IMG/VR virus record: IMGVR_UViG_3300034152_001126
Coordinates: 1 to 24,969 of that record
DNA from: a virus
Lineage: Duplodnaviria > Caudoviricetes
Reading direction: 5' to 3' (one strand)
DNA: 24,969 bases
Under the pieces are notes generated by a model that worked only from the letters and a program-made list of their open reading frames with translations, had not been told where the DNA came from and ran no database searches. A program made the position numbers and the translations under genes. Shown here piece by piece: positions 1 through 8,962 of the stretch (its first letter is position 1; each line of letters opens with the position of its first letter).

Positions 1-176
1 AATACCTATTTCTTCCAAAAACTTTCTTAGTTCACTTTTACATTGAAAACCCTTACCTTTTCGATTCATACAAAGGTGGTAAACATAATCGTCACATTTT
101 TTTACCACTGAATTAAAAAGGTAAGGGTTTTCAACGTAAAAGTGAACTAAGAAAGTTTTTGGAAGAAATAGGTATT
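1..176. repeat. Long imperfect inverted repeat (fold-back), arms 1-61 and 116-176
   Basis: The reverse complement of 1-61 equals 116-176 with one mismatch (position 135). Pairing continues inward as ATTCA 64-68/TGAAT 109-113 and GTGGTAAA 76-83/TTTACCAC 101-108. Confidence 0.9.
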
Positions 177-629
177 TATGGGACAACATGTGGTGATAAG
201 TTTATTCCACATATGTATAAAACCGCTTCTTGGGAGGATAGGTTGGAGATCTTGGCCGGCCTAATAGACACAGATGGTAGTTATGATGGTGGTGGCTTTG
301 ATTTTGTTTCAAAATCGGAAAGTCTGGCAAATGATGTTGTTTTTATAGCGAGAAGCTTAGGGCTTGCCTCCTATGTAAAAGAAACTTGGAAAGCAGCGGC
401 TAATGGAAAAACTCAAATTAAGCAGAAATACTATCGTGTTTATATTTCAGGTGATTGTTCTATAGTTCCTTGTAGAATTAGCAGAAAACAAGTATCAAAA
501 AGGAAGCAGGTTAAAAATGTACTAAAAACTGGATTTTCTGTAAAACCGCTGGAAGAGGATGATTTTTATGGGGTAGAGGTCTCTGACGACAATCTGTATT
601 TAATGGGAGATTTCACAGCAACTCATAAT
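117..629 (+). mobile_element. C-terminal part of a LAGLIDADG intein in FtsK
   Basis: KFIP..Y..AS.E.RLEILAGLIDTDG (second LAGLIDADG motif), block F FYGVEV, and terminal THN followed by Ser+1 at 630-632. Confidence 0.9.
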
Positions 630-1283
630 TCTGGAAAATCTATAATGCTACAAACGATCATTAATAGTTTACTAATTAATGAAAAACAGTTTATAAATTT
701 CGCACTAATTGACCCCAAACGAGTTGAGTTCTCATATTATAGTTCTCTTTCTCAACTTTATGGACCCGTATCAAGAGATGTTACTGGTGCGATGAACTTA
801 CTAGAGAGTTTGGTAGCAGAAATGGAAAATAGGTTTTCTAGGCTTGAAAGATCTGGTGCTAGAGATATAAATACATATAAAGGCAAAATGCCGTATATTG
901 TAGTGGTGATAGATGAGCTTGCAGATTTAATGATGGTTTCCAAAAAAGTGACACAGGATTATATATGTCGATTGGCTCAAAAGTCAAGAGCTTGTGGAAT
1001 TCATCTCGTAATCGCCACTCAGAGACCTTCAGTAGACGTGGTAACAGGGCTTATTAAGGCAAACTTTCCTGCCAGGTTGAGCTGTCAAGTCAGTTCTGCG
1101 ATTGATAGTAGAATTTTATTAGATAGAAATGGTGCGGAGCGTCTTTCTGGAAAAGGAGACGCTATTATTAATTGTAGTGAACATAACTTTGCTAGATTTA
1201 AGGGGTCATTTATATCCGAAAGGGATATAACTCTTAATGTTAAGAATAAGAAATCTTGGTGGAGTAGAATATGGAATTCTTAG
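159..1283 (+). CDS. ftsK: FtsK/SpoIIIE-family ATPase, 5'-truncated, interrupted by an intein in the Walker A motif
   Basis: C-extein starts SGKS (end of Walker A) and carries the FtsK motifs LIDPKRVE, YIVVVIDELADLMM (Walker B), RLAQKSRACGIHLVIATQRPSVDVVTGLIKAN and SRILLD..GAERL.GKGD. The frame is open from 117 (TAA at 114-116). The TTG at 159 is not a real start. Confidence 0.88.
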   Translation: MEEIGIYGTTCGDKFIPHMYKTASWEDRLEILAGLIDTDGSYDGGGFDFVSKSESLANDVVFIARSLGLASYVKETWKAAANGKTQIKQKYYRVYISGDCSIVPCRISRKQVSKRKQVKNVLKTGFSVKPLEEDDFYGVEVSDDNLYLMGDFTATHNSGKSIMLQTIINSLLINEKQFINFALIDPKRVEFSYYSSLSQLYGPVSRDVTGAMNLLESLVAEMENRFSRLERSGARDINTYKGKMPYIVVVIDELADLMMVSKKVTQDYICRLAQKSRACGIHLVIATQRPSVDVVTGLIKANFPARLSCQVSSAIDSRILLDRNGAERLSGKGDAIINCSEHNFARFKGSFISERDITLNVKNKKSWWSRIWNS

Positions 1284-1909
1284 AACAAGATCCTAATAAA
1301 GCGTGGAAGTTTAAAAACATAGTAAACTCCAAGGTTTCTATCATAGATTTAATGCGTAAATATAATCTCAAGTTAGAAGAAAAACAAACTGGCCAAGACT
1401 TCACTCATCGAACATATTGTCCTTTTCATAAAGGGAAAAATGGAGGCCGTGAACGTACTCCATCTATGTTTGTGTCAGCAAAAACCAATTCCTTTTTCTG
1501 CTTTGGATGTGGTGCCAGTGGCACTCCAATTCATTTTGTAAGCTTAATGGACGGCACTCCTCCTCTTATAGCCCTGCAAAAATTGGCAAAAGATATTGGT
1601 CTAATAAAGAAAAATGGGCAGTGGGATGAATTGCAATTAAATGCTCTAAATGATATGGAGTATGTGTTTGATTCATCAAAAAACATTGAGCCATATATAC
1701 TCGAAATGAGCACAATAATTAGGTCGTATATTAAAGAGTTTGTAGGTACTGACGATTTTGAAAAAGAGTTGAAGTGGATAGAGAAAGTTGGCCGGCAACT
1801 TGACAGGTACCTCAATCAGATAGGCCATGAAGATTGGGAGGATGCAATGAAAATACGAGACAAACTCTCAAAAAAGGTTAAAAGTAGGGTTAAGGCTGGT
1901 GAGAAATGA
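1271..1909 (+). CDS. CHC2 zinc-finger protein (DnaG primase zinc-binding domain without TOPRIM domain)
   Basis: CPFH...ERTPSMFV....NSFFCFGCGASG..IHFV is the DnaG ZBD pattern. The protein is only 212 aa with a helical C-terminus. Confidence 0.85.
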   Translation: MEFLEQDPNKAWKFKNIVNSKVSIIDLMRKYNLKLEEKQTGQDFTHRTYCPFHKGKNGGRERTPSMFVSAKTNSFFCFGCGASGTPIHFVSLMDGTPPLIALQKLAKDIGLIKKNGQWDELQLNALNDMEYVFDSSKNIEPYILEMSTIIRSYIKEFVGTDDFEKELKWIEKVGRQLDRYLNQIGHEDWEDAMKIRDKLSKKVKSRVKAGEK

Positions 1910-3108
1910 AATTAGTTATTTTGGGAGATACTCATTTTGGTGGTGGATACTCACTAGGGACTATTAACTCTTACAGGCAACTTAATAGTCGCCTTATCGA
2001 TTTTTCTAACACTTTCGATCACGTAATTGATTACATAAAGGCAAATGATGTAAAGCATTTTGCTCTTACTGGGGATGTGTTTGAATACAGGAGACCTCAG
2101 GCATCTGAACTCAGTCTTTTTTCGGAAAAACTTCAGCGTCTTTCTGAGATCGGAGTACACACTCATATTGTTGTGGGCAACCATGATATGATTAGAGATC
2201 AATGTGCCACTACAATAGATGTTCTTGAAAAATTAAAGTTGCCTATGGTTCATATTTACAAAGACATTGATAGCGTAACATGTGAAGATGGTACAGGAGA
2301 TGTTATAAATCTTATCTTTTTCCCATTTAGAAAAAGACAAATGCTTAACTGTTCTACAAATGATGAAGCCATTGGACGCTTGTCGGACAGGCTACAATAT
2401 GAAATACGTGGGATAGGAAAAGGACCTAAAATACTAATAGGTCACTTTATGTTACAGGGCACAATGCTTGGTAGTGCCGTTATTGAAGGTCATGCTGGGG
2501 AGATATCGCTGCCCACAGAAATGTTCAAAGATCTTGACGGTGCAATTATGGGACACGTCCACCCCCATCATATTGTCCAGAAAACTCCCTTGGTGGCGTA
2601 TGTTGGCTCCATGGAAAGGAAGGATTTTGGTGATAGTGGTCATTTGAAATACTTTCTTACAGTTACCACAGAAAAGAATAAGTTGGTATATCAATTTGAA
2701 AAGCTTCCAGTAAGAGCACTATATGATGTTGAAATTGATCAGTCCGCTGTTAAAGACGGCAAAGTTGCCACAGAAAATTGCATAACTAAACTGAAGGAAT
2801 TTGCCAAGACACACAAAACTGCTGACAGCATTGTTAGAATAACCATTGCAGTTAATGAGCGTAGTCTACATGAACTTGATAAGGACCGTATTAGAAATTT
2901 CCTTAAAAAAGATCTACAAATACACTATTGTGTAAGTATACATACTCAAGTTGTATCTAAAAGACAGTTAAGGAAAGCCTCAATCACTGAACGTATTAAT
3001 CCAATTAAATCTTTTGAGGATTATCTTACCCTAATTGAAAATGAAGAAGTAAGGAGACTTATGAAAGAAAGAGGCACTAGAATTATTAATAGTAGGAGTA
3101 GGGGATGA
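1906..3108 (+). CDS. sbcD: SbcD/Mre11-like metallophosphoesterase nuclease
   Basis: Phosphoesterase motifs GDTH, TGDVF, GNHD, GH and GHVH, plus YVGS.ER.DFG. Adjacent to sbcC with an ATGA overlap. Confidence 0.92.
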   Translation: MKLVILGDTHFGGGYSLGTINSYRQLNSRLIDFSNTFDHVIDYIKANDVKHFALTGDVFEYRRPQASELSLFSEKLQRLSEIGVHTHIVVGNHDMIRDQCATTIDVLEKLKLPMVHIYKDIDSVTCEDGTGDVINLIFFPFRKRQMLNCSTNDEAIGRLSDRLQYEIRGIGKGPKILIGHFMLQGTMLGSAVIEGHAGEISLPTEMFKDLDGAIMGHVHPHHIVQKTPLVAYVGSMERKDFGDSGHLKYFLTVTTEKNKLVYQFEKLPVRALYDVEIDQSAVKDGKVATENCITKLKEFAKTHKTADSIVRITIAVNERSLHELDKDRIRNFLKKDLQIHYCVSIHTQVVSKRQLRKASITERINPIKSFEDYLTLIENEEVRRLMKERGTRIINSRSRG

Positions 3109-5300
3109 TTCCATTAAGATTAGTTCTTGAGAATTTCATTTCCCATGTCAAGTCAGAGCTGGACTTCACAAAATTTGACGCCGCGCTACTTATAGGTGCT
3201 CATAGTGGAAATCCTTATGTGTCAAACGGTGTGGGTAAAAGTGCCGTGTTCGATGGTATGAGGTGGGCACTTACTAACAAAAGTAGATTTAGTACAAAAG
3301 ATAAGGTTGTAAAGCGTGGAAAACCGTTATGTAAAGTTACTTTCGAGTTCATGATAGATAATGAGCAGTACAGAATAGTAAGGAAGCTTAATAAGCGCTC
3401 AAACCTAACGGACGTGGGGTTTTTTAGAAAGGTTGGAAACAAGTGGGAAGATGATGGTCTCACCTGTGACACTCCAACCATGACAAACAGGAAGATTATG
3501 GAAGTGATTCGTATGAGTGATGACACTTTTGTAAATTCTGTTTATTTTAAACAAAATGATATTTCTGGGTTTGCATCCGCAACAACATCAAAACGTAAAG
3601 AAATACTTAAGGAAGTTCTTCAAATTGGTATATGGGATGAATTCCAACAGGTTGCTAAAAGCAGTGTGAAGCAGTTCGAGGATCAGCGAGCTAATCTTGA
3701 GGAAAGACTTAAAATAATAGGAGACATGACAGCCCAGAAAAAAGAGAATCAGGCAAAAATAAAGAAGTTGGAAGAGCAAATGGGGGTTTCCAAAGCGGAT
3801 TTGGAAGAGATGGAGGAAGAGCTTGATGCTCAAAAACAGGTAATAGGTGGCTTGGAGACAATTGTGGCTCAAAAGGGTGGCTTCAACTTGTCGGATCTAA
3901 AAGAAGAAAAGAAGAGTCTTTCTGCCAGAGCTAATGAGATAAAAGAAAAGCGTAAAGAGCTAACTGCTCAGGTGAAAGCCAATAATAAGATATTAGAAAA
4001 TGAAAAATATGAAGAACTAGAAGAGCAGTTGCTTAATATTTCTGAAAGAATATTGAAAACCTCTAGAATTGGTGGGAAGAAAGCTAGAGAGGTTTTTACT
4101 AAATATAGCGATGACAAGCCGCCAGTTTGTCAGTATAGTCAGGCAGACTTGGATAGAAAAAAAGAGCAGCTTGAAATTCATCGTAATACACTAAATGGCT
4201 TAAAACAAGATCTCTCGAATCTAAAATCTGTAAGACCCGGAAAAGAATGTCCAACTTGTTTGTCGCAGATTAAAAATCCTAAAGATATTGCTCGCCGCCG
4301 TCGTGAAAGAAAAAAATCTCTACTGTCCCAGATAGAAGAGGCCGAGGCTTTTGTTAATGACCTTACCACTAGTGTTAAAAGAGAGCAGAACGCAATAGAT
4401 CGGGCAAAAGAAGCATTGGTTGAGCTGGAAAGAACCGAACTAGCATTGTCTAGGAAGAAAAGTAAGGTTTCTGATGCGGTTCGTCGTAACGAAGTTATTC
4501 AAATTGAACTTAAAAATCTCAGAGCCGCTTGGGATAAGCTCAGAGAAGAGTACGATAAGGTTAAAGCAATTTTGGATAATGTAAAAGGAGATAAAAATAT
4601 ACACGCTGAACTTGACAGGGCCAAGGCAAAATACAATGGTTTGCTAGAGGGCTTTGAGAAAGCTAGGTCGGAGTTTTTAGAACTAAGTGTACAACATGGC
4701 ATGTTAAAGGGCTATGGTGAGGAACTTGAACGCAGAGACTCCGAACGAAGTGTAATAAGTGGCCAACTATCCAAAGTTTCTAGAGAAGTCGATATTTATA
4801 AAAAGCTAGTAAAGGCATTTGGAAAAGATGGCATTCAGGCCATTATAATGGAAAATATAACAGAGGATCTTAGGAAATACGCGAACTCTGTACTTAAGCA
4901 AATATGTAGTGATCCTATGACCATTGACTTTGTGACACAAAAGCAAACTGGCAGTAGATCATGGAAAGAGCAATTTGATATAAGGATATCAGTTGGGAGC
5001 AGTGAGCTTGATTTTGACGATCTTAGTGGCGGAGAACAGGTTAGAATATCTATTGCGTTAAGACTGGCATTAAGTCAATTATTGATGAGGCGTGTTGGAA
5101 GCAATGTAAAGTTCCTATTATTAGACGAGGTTGACCAAGCACTTGATCGTCATGGAATTGATGCTTTAGCCTCAGCGATACTTAATTTATCAAAGAATCT
5201 TAAAATATTGGTAATTACACACAATGAGGGTATGAAAGAGAAATTTGAGAACATTATTACGATTCAGAAAGGAGCATCTGGCAGTGTTCTTAAGCAATAG
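3105..5300 (+). CDS. sbcC: SbcC/Rad50-like SMC ATPase
   Basis: LENFISH, Walker A SNGVGKS, Q-loop YFKQ, coiled coils with central zinc hook CPTC, signature LSGGE, Walker B LLLDEVD, H-loop VITH. Confidence 0.93.
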   Translation: MIPLRLVLENFISHVKSELDFTKFDAALLIGAHSGNPYVSNGVGKSAVFDGMRWALTNKSRFSTKDKVVKRGKPLCKVTFEFMIDNEQYRIVRKLNKRSNLTDVGFFRKVGNKWEDDGLTCDTPTMTNRKIMEVIRMSDDTFVNSVYFKQNDISGFASATTSKRKEILKEVLQIGIWDEFQQVAKSSVKQFEDQRANLEERLKIIGDMTAQKKENQAKIKKLEEQMGVSKADLEEMEEELDAQKQVIGGLETIVAQKGGFNLSDLKEEKKSLSARANEIKEKRKELTAQVKANNKILENEKYEELEEQLLNISERILKTSRIGGKKAREVFTKYSDDKPPVCQYSQADLDRKKEQLEIHRNTLNGLKQDLSNLKSVRPGKECPTCLSQIKNPKDIARRRRERKKSLLSQIEEAEAFVNDLTTSVKREQNAIDRAKEALVELERTELALSRKKSKVSDAVRRNEVIQIELKNLRAAWDKLREEYDKVKAILDNVKGDKNIHAELDRAKAKYNGLLEGFEKARSEFLELSVQHGMLKGYGEELERRDSERSVISGQLSKVSREVDIYKKLVKAFGKDGIQAIIMENITEDLRKYANSVLKQICSDPMTIDFVTQKQTGSRSWKEQFDIRISVGSSELDFDDLSGGEQVRISIALRLALSQLLMRRVGSNVKFLLLDEVDQALDRHGIDALASAILNLSKNLKILVITHNEGMKEKFENIITIQKGASGSVLKQ

Positions 5301-5337
5301 AAAACTATCAATTTTCTGATATTTAAAGGAGTTTACC

Positions 5338-5874
5338 ATGATAATTGGACTAGTTGGCGCTCCTGGAGCTGGGAAAGATGATGTGGTAGCACACGTATTA
5401 CAATATCAATACGGATTCACACGCTTTGCGTTTGCAGATCAAATAAAAAAATGTTACTACTATGAAATAGGCATTACAGATGAATATTTCAAATCTTGCA
5501 GAGGCACTCCAGAAGAAGAAAAAATTCGCAAAGGATTATGGGAGTTTAGCGATAAAAAGCGTGCTGAGCACGGCCCAATGTTTTTTATCGACCCCATGGT
5601 TAACGAAATGCTACGGCACAAAGATGCTGTGGTAACTGACATAAGAACAGAAGATGAGTTACAAAAAATATCAGAGATAACCAATGATATTATACTCGTT
5701 GTACGTGGTGATCCTCAATTTCTTTTTGACAAAAGTAACGAGTTGTTCCCAGAAACAAGGATCCCGCTAAACAAATTACTTAACTACTCGGTTTTTATGA
5801 ATGTTTCCAGCAGCTTGGAAGAAGCACGGAAAGATTTTAACAAATACTATCGAGAAATGATGGGAGGCAAATAA
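5338..5874 (+). CDS. Deoxynucleoside monophosphate kinase (phage dNMP kinase family)
   Basis: N-terminal IIGLVGAPGAGKD P-loop, FAD.IK and VVTDIR..DE motifs. SD AAGGAG upstream. Confidence 0.75.
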   Translation: MIIGLVGAPGAGKDDVVAHVLQYQYGFTRFAFADQIKKCYYYEIGITDEYFKSCRGTPEEEKIRKGLWEFSDKKRAEHGPMFFIDPMVNEMLRHKDAVVTDIRTEDELQKISEITNDIILVVRGDPQFLFDKSNELFPETRIPLNKLLNYSVFMNVSSSLEEARKDFNKYYREMMGGK

Positions 5875-5905
5875 TGGACCCTGACAGTTATTGTCACTGT
5901 AGTTA

Positions 5906-5941
5906 GGGCATCCTGATGTCGAAAGCGGTCATCGGATGCCC
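5906..5941 (+). promoter_or_regulatory. GC-rich stem-loop, not a terminator
   Basis: GGGCATCC 5906-5913 pairs with GGATGCCC 5934-5941, extended by GATG/CATC. It is followed by an A-tract and the SD of the next gene, with no U-tract. Confidence 0.55.
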
Positions 5942-5959
5942 GAAAAAAGGAGGTATGCG

Positions 5960-6142
5960 ATGATCGTAAAAACTTTCATTGGTATTAACAAGCAAAAAGC
6001 TGTTCGAAGAGCAATGGACTACTGGTACAGATACTTTAAAGACGACTGTGCCTTGATCAAATTTCTTTCAAGATGTGCGTGGAAGAAAAAAGGTAAAGAT
6101 TACATAGTGATATATAGAGGACCCGCACCAAAGGATCATTAA
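5960..6142 (+). CDS. Small basic hypothetical protein (60 aa)
   Basis: AGGAGG at 5948-5953 favours ATG 5960 over 5936. TAATG overlap with the next gene. Confidence 0.7.
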   Translation: MIVKTFIGINKQKAVRRAMDYWYRYFKDDCALIKFLSRCAWKKKGKDYIVIYRGPAPKDH

Positions 6143-7035
6143 TGGCTGTTATTGCAGTAACTGCTACAGAATTAGGACCACAACTTATATCTGGGATACC
6201 ATTTATGGTATCTTTATCAACAAATGTGCCAGCCACAATGTTTTATACATTGGATGGAAGTCAGCCTGGCATGTTGTCTCCAGTATATATTTCTCCAATT
6301 ATAATGCCTACCGAGTCTCCAGTAAGACTTAGAGTGTGGGCTTTAAGTGGTTCAGATCGCGGCGGTTTGGATATAACTTTTCGCTCTGATTCTTCTGATA
6401 CGCCATATTTCAGGAGAATCGATGGATATGGAATCGGCATAGCAGTTGATGCCTACGACGTAATCCCTGTCCTATTAGATGGGTATAAGCCAGATGAAAA
6501 TCTTATGGTTGACATTCCAGCCAGGTATTCTGATTATGAGTTGGAAGACCTAGAGATACAGGATAAAAAATATGATCTTGAGGGCACGGGAACGGTGGTT
6601 ATCACTACGCCAGTCATTGGAGGCCGAGGTTCATCTATTGATCCAACACCAAGTTCTCCTAACAATCAAAATGTATATTTTAATCCCCGATCTATGTATA
6701 TTACCATAGACGGAACCGATGGTTATGAAGATCAGTCGGTTTATATAATTAACAGACCTTACGGTAATACAATGGATATGACCAAGTATTTACAGGGCAA
6801 ATCTATGTATGAGCCGCAACCTTATATTTCAGGGGGTCATGTAAGAACGTTTTACACTATAAAAGATGGATATGGCCTAGCATGTTCCTATTATTTCGAT
6901 CATAACGAAACAAGATGGATAAAAAGCATACAAAGTTTTGATCCTGCTTCTATTCCAGAGGGTGTGGGAGATAGGAGACAGTTTGGGCCACCACTTGTAT
7001 TCAAGTGGATTTACAACAAGAGATCTGCAATATAA
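6142..7035 (+). CDS. Hypothetical protein with N-terminal chitobiase/beta-hexosaminidase C-terminal (Fn3-like) domain
   Basis: ATMFYTLDGSQP...SPVY..PI...VRLRVWA matches the YT.DGS.P Fn3-associated pattern. The remainder is acidic and Gly/Tyr/Pro-rich. Confidence 0.6.
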   Translation: MAVIAVTATELGPQLISGIPFMVSLSTNVPATMFYTLDGSQPGMLSPVYISPIIMPTESPVRLRVWALSGSDRGGLDITFRSDSSDTPYFRRIDGYGIGIAVDAYDVIPVLLDGYKPDENLMVDIPARYSDYELEDLEIQDKKYDLEGTGTVVITTPVIGGRGSSIDPTPSSPNNQNVYFNPRSMYITIDGTDGYEDQSVYIINRPYGNTMDMTKYLQGKSMYEPQPYISGGHVRTFYTIKDGYGLACSYYFDHNETRWIKSIQSFDPASIPEGVGDRRQFGPPLVFKWIYNKRSAI

Positions 7036-7628
7036 TGAAAAAGTGTAATATGTGTTCTGAAATAAAAGATGAAACAGAGTTTCATAAATGTAAAAGAAAT
7101 AAAGATGGATTACAATATCATTGTAGAAAATGTAGCACAAAATATAGAAGAAAGTATGCTAAAAAGAAACCTGAGAAAATTAAAGAATGGAATAGAACAT
7201 ATAGAGAAAATCATTCTGATCAAATAAGAAGATATTATAGAGATAACTCAGAGTATTTTAAGCAATATAGAATAGATCATGCTGAACACTATGAGGAATA
7301 TTATAGAAAAAATGCTGATAGGTTAAAGGAATATCGAAAACAGTATTATAGAGAGAATCCTCATATATGTGCTAACGCCAAGGCAAAAAGAAGGGCCTTG
7401 GTTGGTGATCAATCGATTTCAAAAGAAGATTGGCTTCTCATAATGGACTCTGGAGATTGGAGTTGTTTTTATTGTGGGGTGAAATTGAACGATAGCAACA
7501 GATCTATAGACCACTTTGTGGCTTTGGCGAAAGGTGGTGATCATGCGGTTCATAACCTTGTTTCATGTTGTATTAGTTGCAACTTATCCAAGGGAGATAA
7601 GACATATCGTGAATGGAAAAAATTATGA
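7035..7628 (+). CDS. HNH endonuclease with N-terminal zinc finger (free-standing, homing-type)
   Basis: KKC..C...K...EF.......DG....C..C, then Tyr/Arg-rich helical repeats, then CFYCG...IDH...L.KGG.H...NLV..C..CN.SKG. Start placed at 7035 from the TAATG overlap (track start 7005). Confidence 0.88.
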   Translation: MKKCNMCSEIKDETEFHKCKRNKDGLQYHCRKCSTKYRRKYAKKKPEKIKEWNRTYRENHSDQIRRYYRDNSEYFKQYRIDHAEHYEEYYRKNADRLKEYRKQYYRENPHICANAKAKRRALVGDQSISKEDWLLIMDSGDWSCFYCGVKLNDSNRSIDHFVALAKGGDHAVHNLVSCCISCNLSKGDKTYREWKKL

Positions 7629-8371
7629 CAGAAAAAAAAGATATTTTAGTTTTATCTGCGTCTAGAATTAAGACCTTCCAACAATGTCCCAGAAAATATT
7701 ATTACAATTATATCGAAAAGTTGCCTAGAAAAGACTGGCCTCATTTTGATTTAGGGACACTTGTGCACGGAGCCTTAGAAGGCTTCCACCAAGATTTTAA
7801 AAAGGATGGTTCCGACTTAAACCTAAAGAGAATAATGAAACTCTCGTTTAAGGCGCAGAGAGATGAGATGGAGAAAGAGAAGCCTTTGGATGACAAAGTT
7901 TTGCTAGAGGCTAGGGATCTTCTTTTGGAATACTTGCGATCTATGGAAACAGAGGGAATAGGTTCTGAAATTGTTTCATTAGAAGAAGAATTTGAAATAC
8001 CATTGGCAAAAGGCTTAAGTGTTAGAGGTTTTGTAGATAGAGTAGATCTTGATGCTGATGGCATTTATCATATTAAAGACTACAAAACCAACAAAAGTAC
8101 CAAATATATGGAGCCATTTCAGCTTCGCATCTATGGTATATATCTAGCGGATAAATACCCAGAGGCAGATCGCTTTAGAGGATCTTATATTATGATGCGT
8201 TTTGGAGGATCTTATATTAGTTATGATTTTAATATGGCAGATGTTGATAAGTGCAAAAAACAACTTATCGAATATGGAGAGCGTATTAAAGAAGAGGGTA
8301 AGTGGATTCCGAAGCCTTCACGCCTGTGTGATTGGTGCGATTTTAAGAACCCCTGTTTAACAACATGGTGA
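7625..8371 (+). CDS. PD-(D/E)XK nuclease, AddB/RecB/Cas4-like, with four-Cys Fe-S staple
   Basis: LSASRI..F..CP, G.LVH.ALE, RGFVDRVD, IKDYKT, QL.IY and C-terminal CDWCDF...C. Start placed at 7625 from the ATGA overlap (track start 7613). Confidence 0.88.
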   Translation: MTEKKDILVLSASRIKTFQQCPRKYYYNYIEKLPRKDWPHFDLGTLVHGALEGFHQDFKKDGSDLNLKRIMKLSFKAQRDEMEKEKPLDDKVLLEARDLLLEYLRSMETEGIGSEIVSLEEEFEIPLAKGLSVRGFVDRVDLDADGIYHIKDYKTNKSTKYMEPFQLRIYGIYLADKYPEADRFRGSYIMMRFGGSYISYDFNMADVDKCKKQLIEYGERIKEEGKWIPKPSRLCDWCDFKNPCLTTW

Positions 8372-8374
8372 TCA

Positions 8375-8947
8375 ATGCGGACTATTAATTCAAGAAAAAA
8401 ACGATTTGCTGGTTCCGTTACGGTAAAAGATCAAAAAATATATATCGATACCAGTGATGGAACCGGTTTTCCTAAGGTTTTTGAACTCATGAAACCCCAT
8501 ATGTATATGTTGGTTCGTTTTGGATTGTCACTTTGTTCATGGTCTACGTTTGAAGATATAAAGCAAGATATATATATTCTTATGCTTGAGGGCATTCCAA
8601 AATACAATCCTGATAGGGGCGCATCGCTTTCCACTTTTCTTCATAGATTTGTAAGGAATCGTCTAATAGATCAATCTCGAAAAAAGGATCCGTTACGTGG
8701 GAGGTGTAACTATGTCCAGATGTATGATGATATGGCTGGCTTTTATTATGATCCTTTGGATCCTGTTGAAAAAATAGATCTTCTAAGAAGAGTTCAATGT
8801 TGGGATGATAAATGGCGGCGCGTGATATTTAGGATATTTATTAGTGAAGATAAAATCGCTGACGTTGCTGGGGACGAGGGAATGTCACCATGGGGTTTAA
8901 CAAGGGCTGTTCGTAAAAGACTTGCGGAGGTTCGAGAATTAGGGTAG
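8375..8947 (+). CDS. RNA polymerase sigma-70 family factor (small, regions 2 and 4 only)
   Basis: Region 2: EDIKQD..I..LEGI.KYNPDRGASLSTFL...VRNRLID..RK. Region 4 HTH: KIADVAGDEGMS...L....RK.L. Confidence 0.82.
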   Translation: MRTINSRKKRFAGSVTVKDQKIYIDTSDGTGFPKVFELMKPHMYMLVRFGLSLCSWSTFEDIKQDIYILMLEGIPKYNPDRGASLSTFLHRFVRNRLIDQSRKKDPLRGRCNYVQMYDDMAGFYYDPLDPVEKIDLLRRVQCWDDKWRRVIFRIFISEDKIADVAGDEGMSPWGLTRAVRKRLAEVRELG

Positions 8948-8962
8948 CCAGCAGTAGCCAAT

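Noticed and set aside
7140-7365. Repetitive TATAGA-rich stretch in the HNH gene as a DNA repeat array
   Set aside because: It reflects degenerate Tyr-Arg helical protein repeats, not fixed repeats with spacers.
7625-8371. Cas4-like nuclease as evidence of a CRISPR-Cas system
   Set aside because: No repeat-spacer array or other cas genes in the window. Solo Fe-S PD-(D/E)XK nucleases are common in phage replication modules.
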